NCBI RefSeq assembly: GCF_018977255.1
Contig: NW_024704745.1
Location: forward strand, 68,448,001-68,512,000
Reading direction: 5' to 3'
Origin: Callorhinchus milii
Taxonomy: Eukaryota
Length of the DNA: 64,000 nt
Part shown: positions 39,004 to 51,815 of the stretch, in pieces
Layout: each line of letters opens with the position of its first letter
Position numbering within the stretch: the stretch's first letter is position 1
Program-made: the position numbers and the translations under genes
Notes under the pieces: model-generated
What the model was told of the DNA's origin: nothing
The model's input: only the letters and a program-made list of their open reading frames with translations
Database searches by the model: none

Positions 39004-39499
39004 TTAAAATAGGTGGCTTAGGTGGAAAAAAACACGAGCAGAGACTCGATGAGCTGAATGGCCCTTGTCTGTCCCGTAACATTCAACGATTCTATCAATT
39101 AGGAAACATCCTGGCATAAAGACTTCAAAAACAAATCAGCTGCATAAATAACAGATGGGATGTGAACAGTAAATGCTATTCTGGAATATACTATTCTGCA
39201 ATTCTTCCCAAACTCACTTCTCCTCACACCAACCCAACCCTTCTCTCCCCTTCTCACTCCACCCCTCCCCACCCAGTGAAAAACAATGGCAAACGTTGCA
39301 TTTGCAAATTCAGTGTCCATTGAATGTCCATTTATGACAATTTTCATTAATTTGGAAACCTGTTTTTTAACTTATGCGTGTTTTTTACTAGCCTGAAAGG
39401 CAGCAGAGGAGATCTGTAGAGGGTACTAGTCAGTGTCACTGTCGTCCAGTAACCAAAAAGTTCACATTAAAAGCTGGACCCAAAGGAGTAGATAGAGGT

Positions 39500-39830
39500 G
39501 TTATATGTGATGTGTGATTGTGTGTGGTGTATCCCTGTGTGTGATGTGTACCTGTGTGCAGTGTTTCTTTGTGTGTGAGTTGTGTGCCTGTGTGTATGGG
39601 GCGTGCCTGTGTGTCTGGTGTGTGTGTTTTGTTTGCCTGTGTGTGGTGTGTTCCTGTGTATATGTGGAGTGTACCTGTGTGTGTGTGTGAGGGGTATGCC
39701 TGTGTGTGTGGGGTGGGGTGTGCCTGTGTATGGTGTGTGCCTGTTGTGTATGGTGTGTTGTGTGTATGGTGTGTACCTGTGTGTGGTGTGTGCCTGTGTG
39801 TGGTGTGTGCCTGTGTGTGGTGTGTGGGTG
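39500..39830. repeat. Degenerate TG-rich minisatellite (TGTGTGGTGTGTGCC-like)
   Basis: Seen directly. Confidence 0.9.
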
Positions 39831-39977
39831 AGCTACTGAAACCTATGTTGTCTTTTAAACTTGCTTCTCCAATTAAAAACTACTGCACCAGATTGACTGT
39901 TATAACGACACAATAGTGACACAAGAACACATGCCTCAGGGAGCCAAACACTTGCATGTAGTTTGAGTGTTACTTAC

Positions 39978-40066
39978 GCTCTCCACGCCAAATCTTTTAT
40001 CAGACATGCAGTGGGCACCAGAAACAGACCCAGCCAGAAGATCCCGCAATTAACCACCATCCAGGC
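39978..40066 (-). CDS. ATP8A2: ATP8A2-like coding exon (last TM helix)
   Basis: TCTGTCTTTTTCAG| [29 protein letters not shown](A) |GTAAGT; 89 nt; [13 protein letters not shown] matches ATP8A2. Confidence 0.94.
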
Positions 40067-40414
40067 CTGAAAAAGACAGAAGATAGACATGAAGAAACTC
40101 TCTGTGCACTAACAGGTCATGGCTGCTGGGTATGGAGGAGTAGATTAGCTTGGAGGAGCCAAGCCTTAGTTCTTATAGAAGTGGATTTGTACCATTTGAC
40201 AGATATCACTGGATGATTTCTGGTCCCTGAAGGTCTCTTACAATAAAGAGGTACTTTATCCTTATTAGCAGCAAAGCAAATTCTCTCATCTCACATCGGT
40301 CTGATACACAGGTTTCATCTGTCAATTGTAAAGTCTGAAACCTTTCAATCACACGTTTCAACAAAGTCACAATTTTAAAATCTGGGGTTCACATAATTTT
40401 TTCAACTGTGAAAA

Positions 40415-41100
40415 TAATAACCATCTTTGCATTTCGTATCGTGGCTTTCACTTCATGAGGAGGTCTCAAAACACTTCACAGGATTTACTGTAATGTGTAG
40501 TGGCTGCGTACATAAGAACATAAGAATTGCTGGATGAAAGAAGACCAAGGTCCATCCAGTTTGCCTTCCACCATCCTGGAAGTCTCATGCACATGTCATG
40601 TCCCAAACTAAATACTGTGTCTCAAGATATTATTTCCTAAAATAAATCTATCTAAATTGTTTTTTAAAGAATCGCCACTTTCTGCTTCCACCATCTCCCT
40701 CGGGAGCTTGTTCTATACATATTATACTCGCTCACTGAAATAGTGTTTCCGCAGATTTGTCTGTTATAGACGAACGGGGCAGCCAATTTGCACACAGCAA
40801 TGTGTCGCAAATAGCCATGAAATGAATGATCATTTTTTGAGGAATTGTGGGCCAGGACAATGGGAGAAACTCCTTTAACTTTTTGAGCTGTGTCATCAGA
40901 TCTTTAACGTCCACCTGAACAGGCACTGACGAGACCTGAGGTTAATATCTCATTTGAAGTTCAGCACCTCCAACAATGCAGCCCCACACTGCATTGAAAT
41001 GTCGGCCCAGACTATGTGAGTTCAAAGTCCGAAGCGAGTCTTGAACTCACAACCTTCTAACTCACAAGCGAGAGTACAAACAACTCAGTCTAGGCCGACA
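40415..41100 (-). mobile_element. Deu-domain SINE interrupted by a CR1 3' fragment (~40510-40765)
   Basis: Tail at 40415-40510, core and head at 40770-41100; insert begins CATAAGAACATAAGAA. Confidence 0.7.
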
Positions 41101-41490
41101 TTCCAAGATCCTTGTCCTCACCTTTAAATTCATCCGTAGTCTTGCCCCACCCTAGATCTTTGACCTTCTCAAACCTTACAAAACCACCCGTTCCCTCGAC
41201 TTGGCAGCTCTGGATTGCTTCATATCCCCTGCCCTACCTGCCCCGCCATCAGCTGTCGAACTTTTATCCTACATGCCCTCACTCTCTGGAACTTCACCCT
41301 GGGGTCTCTATGACTCCTTCCTTCCCTCACCTGTTTCAAAGCCTCAAGATCTTCCTCCTTAACCAAGACTTTGGTCAGCTTTTGCAAACTCAGTCCTCCC
41401 CACGACACCCCATCCACACCCGCCTTGCAAACCCTGTACACTGAGACGTCTTGATCTGAAATGCACTATACAAATGTATTATTATTATTA
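41100..41490 (+). mobile_element. Old L2 3' fragment
   Basis: TTCCAAGATCCTTGTCCTCACCTTTAAA (KILVLTFK)..CTCTGGAACT..tail. Confidence 0.7.
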
Positions 41491-42014
41491 TGATAACTGA
41501 GCTAGCTAACATCAGAATAAACAATTGGCATGGAGGAGCTGGCACGAGCAGAGGCTAATCGAGCTGACTGGCCTCCGTCCATGCTGTAATTTCTACGATT
41601 CTATTGAATTTTTAAAATGAACAATCATCAAATTGATGTTGAAAACACGAACCTGACTCAGTTCACTTAACAATGCTCACAGAATAACAATGAGAGGTAT
41701 TGTTACCTCAATGTGGAGTTTCCAAGCAGCCGAGGTTCTGGAAATTCCACTGAACTGGGCTTGGGAATAGTTTTTGCTCTTGAAGAACGCTGTATGACTT
41801 GCAACTCAAAATCACACAATGCGGTTTGCAGATGCCAATGAAGTCTTAATGGCTAAAACAATCTCTAGTGCCAGACAAATCAACGAGACAGAGACGTCAT
41901 GCTACTACTCCAAGATGCGTAACTCTCCATACGCAGTCAATTCACTTTACCGTATATCCTGTAAAGCGCTTTGAGACGTCTTCTGGCAGGCTAACTTGGC
42001 TGCCAATTTGGGTT

Positions 42015-42340
42015 TAACCAGCTAAAACTACAGAGCTTGCTATTGAAAGCACATTCCCGGCTAGCTTCCAGCTACTTGTCCACCTGTTAGGCCTTTGGCT
42101 TCCAGGGCTAACAGAAGCTGAGTGAGAAGAATCCCTGCCCCCAGTGACTGATTTGCCTCTGCAAATCCTACAGACGAGCCAGGCTGGATGGTCTGTCATC
42201 AGCAGTGCCCTGTTGTACCTTGGACCAGCCTGGCTCATAAACTGGACTATCGAGACTGCTCAGAGGATTGACTCGATTCCATTGCAGAGCAACTAATCTT
42301 GGAAACCGTTCAGCTCCAAGGAGACCCTGCTTACCCCAAC
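42015..42340 (+). repeat. Unclassified interspersed repeat (middle to 3' part)
   Basis: Begins TAACCAGCTAAAAC, overlapping the end of the 51458-51730 copy; continues into the 37200-37495 homology. Confidence 0.75.
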
Positions 42341-45321
42341 CAAACCCCCCTACCCACCTCAAGGGAATAGTTACTCGTTGGTTATTTGATATTCAACACA
42401 GATTTGAGCCCTCACTAGGTGGGTGGCAAAAAGCTTCCTGGTGATCAGCACAGCTCAGCCTGAAACATGTGAGAGCAATGCCACCATTTTCCTGTTCACA
42501 GTCTTGGGCTCACATCCCTACCCACCGAGCCATGGTTCAACCAGTTGGAGGTGCAGAGCTTGAGCAGTCATGCCAAGTCTCAGAGTTTCCTGATCAGCTA
42601 TCTGACGGACATCTGCCTTGAGCGTGGTGGGAGGATCTTTACAGAACAGCTTGTGACATGCTAGCCATCTTTACGGTCTCAAGGCCCATGTCCATTCCAT
42701 CTTAAAATTATTTTTAAATGTTTTTAAAGTTTCTTTTTCTGCTTTTTGAAAGCCAGGTTACACACAGTATGCTACTGAGAGAATGGAGGACTTTTCCCTG
42801 TTGTAACTAGTGTGACTATGTAAGTGGGACCACGAGGTGTGTGGCAAGAGAACTGACAACTCCATCTTCTGATTTCCTATCTTCTTGAGGAAACCTCTGA
42901 CATCGGAAAACTCACCATGTGAGGAAATTCCTCACCCCCCCATGCCCTTCCCGATGGGCTTGAAATCTTATATGAAGGACAGGGGAAAAGAGTAGATTAC
43001 TCCACTGCGTAAGTTTGCATCAGCACAGGTAGAATGGATCAGGTCCTGTAAACTTTCTATGAATCTTCCAAATACGTACATTGTCAACCCTGCAATATTT
43101 TGTAGGACTGCTATTGAGCTGCTACTCATTCAGCACATTAAGGGGTTAAACATCATACAGTGCCATAGATAATGTTTCACAGACTGAAAGAAAGAGTTTA
43201 GATGGTAAGTGATGGCTAAGACGCTGACCTTAGATGCCACCCTTAACCTTTAAAGGCACAGGTCAACCTGACCCAGGGGAAGAACCATTAATTCTGAGAG
43301 TCTCAACCTCATCCATAGACCATGAGAGTCTGTGCCACAAAACCTGTACAAAGGTGATGCCTAACTCAGGATTTTTTTAAAGCTCTGAACAAGCTTGCAG
43401 CTGAGAGTGCAGCCACGCAATGTGGCAGTGTGGAGGGCTCCCTCTGGGAGGCTGGAGTAACAACTTTATTACAAAGACAAAGTGGAGATTATAATGACAA
43501 TGGCCGACCGAGAGAGGACCGCTCTTCAGTGAATGTGACTGCCCTCATCTCATTGTCATTCAGCACACAAAGTCCGCATTACTGTTCATCCTAGTGTGCC
43601 AGGCAATAATGATCTATTATACAAGATACGTGTCCACTTTAACTTGATGCTTGTAAAATGCTAATAGCGCAAAAACCCAGCAAATTCACAGTGTATCAGT
43701 TATGGGGGGGTGGGGACTATTCTTTTGCTGTAAAGTACTTATATACTTTAGTGTAAGTTTTCACCTACAGTAGAGTCTCGTTATAAACCAGGGGTCGGGA
43801 TTTAAGTGTGATAGCCGCACCATAACCCAATTAGCGCTATAAAGAAGCGTGCTATAAAAGGTTGGAGACGCAATTCTATAATTGCCTTTTGGTGGAAACT
43901 GGCACTGATGCGTTTTTAAAAAAAATGTGTTAAGTATTTCTGAAATACGCTGATGTGTTTTATTTAGCAAAAGACCGAACAGCCAAAAAACTAAAATGTT
44001 CACTTCTACTTTACTTTTAGAAAATCTTGTATAACGTTGTACCATTAGCCATCCCTCCTCTATATCATGCGAGGCACCAACAAACAAAGCTGGAATGTGC
44101 ATGTTGAGCACAATTGCAGATGCTTTTTGCCCACAAAACATTCAGTCAATTCACTTTACATTATATTCTGTGAAGCGCTTTAAGACGTCTCGAAGACGTG
44201 ATAAGGCTCTATATCAAATGCAAGGATTATTATTATTATTCTTAGGGCAACTAAGCATTTTTCCTTCTAATTTTCTTTCCATATCTCTTTCTTCTTTGCT
44301 AAAAGCAGTAACTTATGCTCGAATTTTGTTATACAGTGTTGGAGGATCAAGTGGTCATTTTGATTTTGTCAGCTGGATATCTGACACACGTGGAAATTAT
44401 ATAAAAGAGTCTCTGAGTGTCTAAACCAAACTAAAGAGTTTCACATATGTATAGCATCAATTTGCTCGGTATAAGGTATACACGATGTCCCTAGAAGGAT
44501 CCAATCTGTTTACCTAATCCCAGAGAGTTTAGACAAAGGTTGCCAAAGGACAAGACTCAGGTTCAGTGAATTCATTATGAAGCCAAAACAGGACTAAACA
44601 ATCTAAATAAATATTAAAAAATTATAAAAATAAATATAAAACAATATAAATCTGGATGAGAGTCACTCTTGCAATCTCTGAACTTATAGGTGTGAACGAC
44701 TGGTCTGGCCTTGAATGTGAATGAGCCCATTAGCACTGCAAGTTCACCTGTTTTATAGCAAAGTACTCCACAAATCACAGTATCAGGAGGTTAATTGGGT
44801 GCTTCTGGGATATAACAGTCTATCAAACACAGAGAACGTTTTTAAAAAATCTGCTGTACATCATTATAATTAAATTTCCAGAGTTTCAAATGCTCTTCCA
44901 CAATTAATAATAATCCTTGCATTAAAGGCAGGATTGGAATTTCCTGCAAAGCCTTTCAGTTCCAATGGGCATCATCGCAACCTCTGTTTGCTGAGGGATT
45001 GAGTGACACTGCATGACTTGCTGTGGCACATTGACATTAACCCCATCTCACTGATGACTTTCCCAGCAATGGCAAATGGGATGGGGAAATGAAGTGAGCC
45101 AGGATGAACTCATTACATGCACTGAAGGTTAGCGTACTACATCAGACCAATTCATCTGTCAATGAGGATGGAATCACGGCACTGGCAAATTAAAAAAACA
45201 GTTATGTCTGAAATCATCATCCCTTGAGATAGAGCGTCTCTTCAGTGAAATGCTAGGAAAGTGAACCTGAGGAACCCAGCATGGAACTAAAAACTTCAAT
45301 GTAATAATGTTACAGCATTAA

Positions 45322-45524
45322 ACTCTGGAACAATCTCCCTCAAATCCCTCTGCCTTCCCCCTCTCTCCCCATTTTCATATCCCGCCTGAAAACCTTCCTT
45401 TTCGACCGACTTACGGCCACCTCCCCCCACAACCCCGGCTCGGAGACAGGCTCCGCCATTGTTAAGCGCTCTGAGATGCTAGCCTGCATGGAGGGCGATA
45501 TATAAGTGCAAGTTGTTGTTGTTG
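45322..45524 (+). mobile_element. L2 3' fragment
   Basis: CTCTGGAACAATCTCCC..AAAACCTTCCTTTTCGAC..ATATAAGTGCAAG(TTG)n. Confidence 0.75.
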
Positions 45525-46371
45525 CAATGCATTAACTCCTCCAGGACTGGTGTCAGTATCTTCCACCAACCCAACCTTATTTCTATCCTCATTGATGGCA
45601 CCACTGGATCATGCTAAGAATAGCCAATATGCGTCCGCAGTGATTCAGTATATCACCACTCTGGTTCAGTCACATTTATAGCACTGTAAAGCTATTTAGT
45701 TGTTTTAGTTTTCTCCTTTACTGAGTAGGATTGATTTACTAGTGTTTCGCTGACACAACAGAAAAACCCAAAGGATTGGATGAACAGATGTCAGGACAAT
45801 GAGTGGAACTAACTGCAAGCACGTACGAATAACCAACTGAGCGGGGATGGGACTCAGAGCCTGTTGAGTGTCCTAGCCCAAGTGGGGGTCAAAATGAATC
45901 CTACGATACGTTAACACTGAATGATATTTAACACATTGTTGTAAAATGCAACTAAAGCGGTCAGTTGATAAGTAAAGACATTGACTAGGCTGTGGGTAAG
46001 ACCCTGTCAACTCTATTAAAATAACTGAGGCTGAAGTCAGCCCAACTTGACTTACAGATGTGACTTGTGTGATTAGACTTGTCAGCTAGTGGATAGGACA
46101 GCAATCCTAAGGAGCCCATGGTAATAATAATCCTTGCATTTGATATAGCGCCTTATCACGTCTTTGAGATGTCTCAAAGCACTTCACAGAATATACTGTA
46201 AAATGAATTGACTGTATATTTTGTGGGTGAAACTAAATACTTCAATGTACAGCTTGATAATGTTACTACACTAATTCCTCCTTGGCTGGAGACGAAGGAA
46301 AGAGATACTGGCTTATCTTGGTTTTCGTTGAGTTTTGCAGAGCTCCTATAACTGCCCTGCCTTATAATTAT

Positions 46372-46637
46372 AATTGGTGGGAGAGCCTTCAGCCACTCTG
46401 CCCCCAACCTCTGGAATTCCATCCCCCAGTCACTCCGCCTCGCCCCCTCCTTAGCCTCCTTCAAGTCCCGCCTCAAGACCCTCCTTTTCAACCATGCCAT
46501 CGGCCACCCCCCACTTCCCCTCCCCTCCCTTCCCAACCCCAGCCCGGGTCTGAAATACTGTACACTGTCTAGCGCCTTGGGACGTCCTCCCGACGTGAAA
46601 GGCACTATACAAATGTAATCTTGTTGTTGTTGTTGTT
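46372..46637 (+). mobile_element. Young L2 3' fragment
   Basis: IGGRAFSHSAPNLWNSIPQSLRLAPSLASFKSRLKTLLF end of ORF2 plus an intact tail stem-loop and (TTG)n. Confidence 0.9.
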
Positions 46638-46694
46638 GCCTGAGATCAGCACAGCATAGGAACCAGGACATTGAGTAGAGTGGGGAGGACGAAG

Positions 46695-47008
46695 TAATAA
46701 TAATAATAATCCTTGCATTTGATAGAGCGCTTTTCATGTCTTCTAGACGTCTCAAAGCGCTTCACAGAATAAACTGTAAAATGAATTGACTGCATATTGT
46801 GGGCGAAACGCGGCAACAAATTCTGCACAGCAGTGTCCCACAAACAGTGGTGGTTTGAAGTGACCAATTTATTATTGTTTTTTTCTTGAAGGATTATTAT
46901 CAGGCGTGTGGAGTAAGGAAACTTGCCCAAAGTTTCGCCCTGCCCGGAATCAAACCCAGGTCTCTCGGTTGCGAGGCAAGTGCTCTAACCACGGAGCTAC
47001 AGGACTCC
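46695..47008 (-). mobile_element. tRNA-Ala-headed SINE, short subfamily, full length
   Basis: As 15808-16109. Confidence 0.9.
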
Positions 47009-49454
47009 AAAGGTAGGAATGTGACCAGAAGCATGCTTTAAAATGGTTTTAAAATGGTGTGACACAGTACAAGGTGGATGGAGTAAAAATGGGCATAGCC
47101 GTTAATGGTGGGCAGAGGGGACTGGGGGGTTGGAAGACACACAATTGAGAAACAAAAGGTTTGAATTCTGTGCAGAAAATCTGTGCAGAAAATCAAATTA
47201 AAGTAGATATTTGGAACGATTTGTGCAATAAAGATAAGGAAATATTTGGTTCAATATTTGCATATTATTCCAATCAAATCCGTGTGTGCTGCTTGGGAAC
47301 TCTGATTAAGTAAATATCACCTAGCCCTGTGAATAACTCTAAAACAAATTACCTTCACAGGCACGGCCCGAAGGCTGACGGAACCAGCCCAATAATCCCT
47401 GCATCTGTTCTCTGTTCAACGCAAACCAACTGTGGGAATCTACAAATGTCTGCTGTCAGCATCCCCACAGATGAGTAAACATGCAATAGCCAGTATCTGT
47501 GTCTCAAATGATTTCAGCTGGAAGCACTGGATAGCAACTCAAGGTCTGACTAATGCGTCTCAAACTGCAGAGAGCAGCTGTCTACTAATCATCTGGTACA
47601 AACTGGCATTGAGACAAAAAAAAGTCTCTTCTGTCTTAAATACACCCCTTCCCCCTTATGTTGGTGGTTCCTTTCCCATCTTCAGGTTACACCTGACGAC
47701 TTTCCTCTTCGATGATGCCTACGATCACCTCCCTCTGAATTCCCACCTAAGACTGAATTCCAATGATATTCAAAACTGCATTCACTTCACAGATGTAACT
47801 TCTAGGACACCTGAGCACGTGGTTGGTGGGGGGGGGGAAGAGAGAGAGAGAGGGGGGAAGAAAGCAGCAAAGCAGCTTAATCTTCTATCTATAAAGTGCT
47901 TCTTAATGTCTGTAGACGGCATCAATATATTGTCACAGAAGAAAGCATCACAGAAGCAGCCGTGTAGAAATAAATTGCAAAATGTTCACTTTCTCCAAAC
48001 ATCATTCCTCGTAACACATCCACCTTCCCGATCAAGACGCTGATTTGTTCTATGGACTGAACACTCTTCTGAAAGATTTATTATTCAGTAATGAGCGCTC
48101 CAGCATGGGGGTCGGGGTGGAGGCGGCAGGGAGGAAAGAGGGGGAGAGGGAGTATTGGATAAAAGCTATAAGCGCTTGTCTCTGTAATTTTCTCTTTTAC
48201 TGATTTGGTTGCGGTTTCATTTTTCATGAGGAGTTTAACTCAACGTACATTGAATGCACCAAATTCTGACAAAAAATGTTTCACGATAATCAGGAGCCTC
48301 ATTTTGACTCATTACCATTGATCAAACCACCCAATTAAACCAGGAAAGTTGTCAGGCAGCATTAGGGTTTTCTTTTTAAAAAGTACATTTAAGAACCACT
48401 TTCCGAATAAAGTTGCTGCCAAAATTATCATCTGTAAAAGCGACGAGTGTCACCGTGGCAAAAAGGAGCAAAAATCTATCTGTCTACAAAATCTCTACAC
48501 TTTACAGTAAATTCATGTGAAGCACTTTGAAACCCCCTCCTGGTGTGAAAGGTGCCATATCAAATGTGAGGATTATTTATTTTATTTTTAACGTAGATAC
48601 ATCCCAGATTCAGCCTAGATTTCACAAACATTTGCTGAATGCACCTTAATGAGAGGTGACTGCAATAAAGCACGGGCTGTCAGTCAAACCAAAATATAGA
48701 TGTAAAGACTGCAGCAATAAATTATAGTGCTGTATCTGTAAATCGGAGTTTACTGAGGTACCTCAATGGAAATAAAGGCAGCAAAGAAAGCACAGTGATG
48801 GTCTGTCCCCTCCCCCAGCCATCCTCTCCCCACGCACACCTCCAAAAGACTGCATTTAATTATTATGCTGAGCAAATGCTATGGAAATATAGTGTGGGAA
48901 ATTGGGATTTGGATTTGCTTAATCAAAACATTCTTCTTCAACACATATTTCAACAAGGCTGCACAGCTGTCTGTCTCGGGCTTGTTTTTGAGCCCCAAAG
49001 ACCAATCTGCAGTAGCCTTGCACTCCTCAGCAGACAAGGATGCTGTTAAAATCTAGGCTGGCCCATTTGGGGGAAACAGCACTGTGGTAGTCACTACGCT
49101 TTAACTGATTAGTGGAAGAAACTGAGGCCCAATCTTTTACATGGGATTGAGAGGTGTTAAATTGTACACTGAACAGATGGTTTCTGGTGCCGATCCACTA
49201 AACTGTACCTCCTCCACTTCATCCGGTGTAAAACACAACGGGGTTGGGAATGCACTCATCAGAAAAATGGAAGTAGAAATGGAGCTCCAATGTCCCAAAG
49301 GTAATCGAGCAAACACACCACACCAGAATAGTCACCCATCCCCAGACCTCAGTCCTTATACAGGTGAGATTCCCCTTTCCTTGATTCCATTAGAATAAAA
49401 AACAGTGAATCCCATGGAGCATTTGTTCATTTCAAACAAACAAAGACTGTATTT

Positions 49455-49558
49455 ATATTTCACTTTGTGCCCGTACCCATATTCCTCCAACATGACAATC
49501 CTTTACAAGTCTCACATGCAGAACGTTTTCAAATGCCTTCTGAAAATCACTGTAAATA
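49455..49558 (-). mobile_element. Decayed CR1 reverse-transcriptase fragment
   Basis: IYSDFQKAFENVLHVRL resembles the CR1 motif YLDFQKAFDKVPH.RL. Confidence 0.6.
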
Positions 49559-49875
49559 TAATAATAATAATTCTTGCATTTGATATAGCGCTTTTCACGT
49601 CTTCTAGACGTCCCAAAGCGCTTCACAGAATATACTATAAAGTGAATTGACTGTATATTCGTGGCCGAACGCGGCAGCCAATTGCGCACAGCAATGTCCC
49701 ACAAACAGTTGTAGATTGAAAATGACCAATTTATTGTTGCTTTTTGTTTTTGGAGGGATTATTATTAGGTGTGTGGAGTAAGGAAACTTGCCCAAGGTTT
49801 CGCCCTCTGCCTGGAATTGAACCCAGGTCTCTCGCTTGCAAAGCGAGTGCTCTAACCACTGAGCTACAGGACTCC
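49559..49875 (-). mobile_element. tRNA-Ala-headed SINE, short subfamily, full length
   Basis: Anticodon-arm-like CTCGC-TTTGCAA-GCGAG; shares diagnostic variants with 55689-56014. Confidence 0.9.
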
Positions 49876-51173
49876 ACGATTACAACTGCTAGCAATTTAT
49901 TTCTACACGGCTGCTTCTGTGATGCTTTCTTCTGTGACAATATATTGATGCTGTTTACACTATTTTAATTGCTTAGCCTTATGAGAAAGAATTCCATTAG
50001 ATTTGTGAGACTTGAGCTACAGCTTCCAGATCCATGTGGATACTCCTTATAGAATCTGTGTTCCTGGACAGGCATTGTCAGCACTCCATATAATGTCCTC
50101 TAACATTGTCTCCACACAGGCTAACTTGCGGTCTATAATTTCCAAGTACATCTTAAGTTCTACCTCGCCAGAACTGGTAAGTCTTCCAAGTTGCAAAGGA
50201 CAAAATAGAATGAGCAACCAAATGCAATAAAGGGGCCTGTTCAGTGGGACGTGCACTGACCAAAGGGGTGTTGAGTCACACACGTCAGGAAGGTCTATGG
50301 TCTATACTAACCTTGGTGATCTCAGCCTGGCCAAGAGTATGTGTGCTACAATTATCTTTCAGAGCCCTGAGGTAAGAAACGGGTGGGGTGAAATAATCCG
50401 CTAAAATGCCTGCTTCTAAACACTAAGTCGATTCCTGCTGGAAACTTTACATCTATTAACATACTTTACATCTATTAACATAGAGCGAGGCCAGAGTTAA
50501 TAGTGATGCTTTCTTGGTCAGCAATTATCTGCTGACACTCACTGTCTCGACTCACACATTAACACACACTCTTTGGCATTAAAGTACATGACAATCTGAT
50601 GGAGGTGTGAGTGTACAGGTTCCAGGTTGGGCTAGATTTCAATGTCCCAACGGTTGAATAACTTGCTATCGTTTACTGTCAAGGCTCAGACATGAATAAT
50701 GGACACTTCAACAAGGAGACTGCAAGACTGAACCTCCAATAAAAGGAAAAAGAAGTGAAATCCCTTTTCAGGAGAGTTAGAGGAAGAAGAAAATTGGCAG
50801 AGAAAATAACATAATGTTTGGTAGCCTTAGTTTCACTGAGAACAATATCAACCATGCAGAGAGGGTTACAACACTCACTCTCTGATGTCATCACACACAC
50901 TCCAAAGAGGATCCTGGCAGCAAGATTTGGACTAGATAAAATAATCGTAGCTCACTTAAATTAAACACTGAGGAAATTAAATCAAATTATTGAAAACATT
51001 TTTTTGGGTTTGAATTAGATCCTCTGCCAACAATCCATCAACAAGAGGTGACAAAGAAGCCAGGCACTTCCACCAGGAGATGAGATCTGAAATTGATGTA
51101 CTCTGCACTGGCTCAGCCACGGAGCGGTCCTGACAAGAGATACAGACAGAAGCAAACCGTTCACTCTCTCTCT

Positions 51174-51815
51174 AATAATAATCCTTGCATTTGATACAGC
51201 ACTTTTCATATTGTTGAAATTACTCAAAGTGCTTCACGGGATTTACTGTAAAATGCAGTAACTGTGCATTTTGTGGCTGTCAATTTTCACACAGCAATGT
51301 CCCACAAACAGCTATGAAGTGAATAACCTGTTCGCCAGCACACCGGGAGAAAATCCTTTCTCTTTTTGAATAGTGTAATGGAATCTTTAATGTCCACCCT
51401 CAAACAAATGTAGCGCTTTCCCAGCACTGCAATGGAGTGTCAGCCTGCACTGTGAGATTTTTAGTTTGGGTCGGCTGTCTGTCTGACACATGCGGAAACC
51501 CATCACCATGCTTAAGAATATCCAAACCAAACATACATCGACACACACATGGAAATCCCAGAGACAGATTATTCGAATGGAATGCACACTCTCTTCCTGG
51601 AGGGACACTTCCTGCTTATCTAGTTCCAGAAAGCATTAGGCTCAGGCTGGCAAGAGACAAGACTTGGGGACCCCAGAGTATGCAATGGGGTAGTGCTGGA
51701 GTCTAACCAGCTAAAACCACATAACTTTCTATGAGCTCAAAGTCCCAACGTGGAGCTTGAACCCATAGCCTTCTGACTCAGATGTGAGAATACTTCCACA
51801 TAAGCCAGGCTGACA
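51174..51815 (-). mobile_element. Deu-domain SINE interrupted by the unclassified repeat (51458-51730, +)
   Basis: Tail and core at 51174-51457; head at 51731-51815. Confidence 0.7.

Noticed and set aside
39554-39916. Cys/Val-rich ORFs (also 62026-62377)
   Set aside because: Translations of TG-rich simple repeats.
46174-46930. Recurring ORFs ending KCKDYYYY or NARIIII
   Set aside because: Translations of non-coding SINE tails.
47432-48043. 203-aa ORF
   Set aside because: No recognisable domain; crosses an L2 remnant and a low-complexity tract; antisense within an intron.
49800-49875. tRNA-Ala(TGC)-like sequences (also ~16040-16109, 32168-32240, 46935-47008, 55940-56014)
   Set aside because: They continue directly into SINE bodies and tails, so they are SINE heads rather than tRNA genes.
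50040-50200. Possible LINE endonuclease N-terminus on - (ELKMYLEIIDRKLACVETML..PG)
   Set aside because: Similarity too weak to call without an HMM search.
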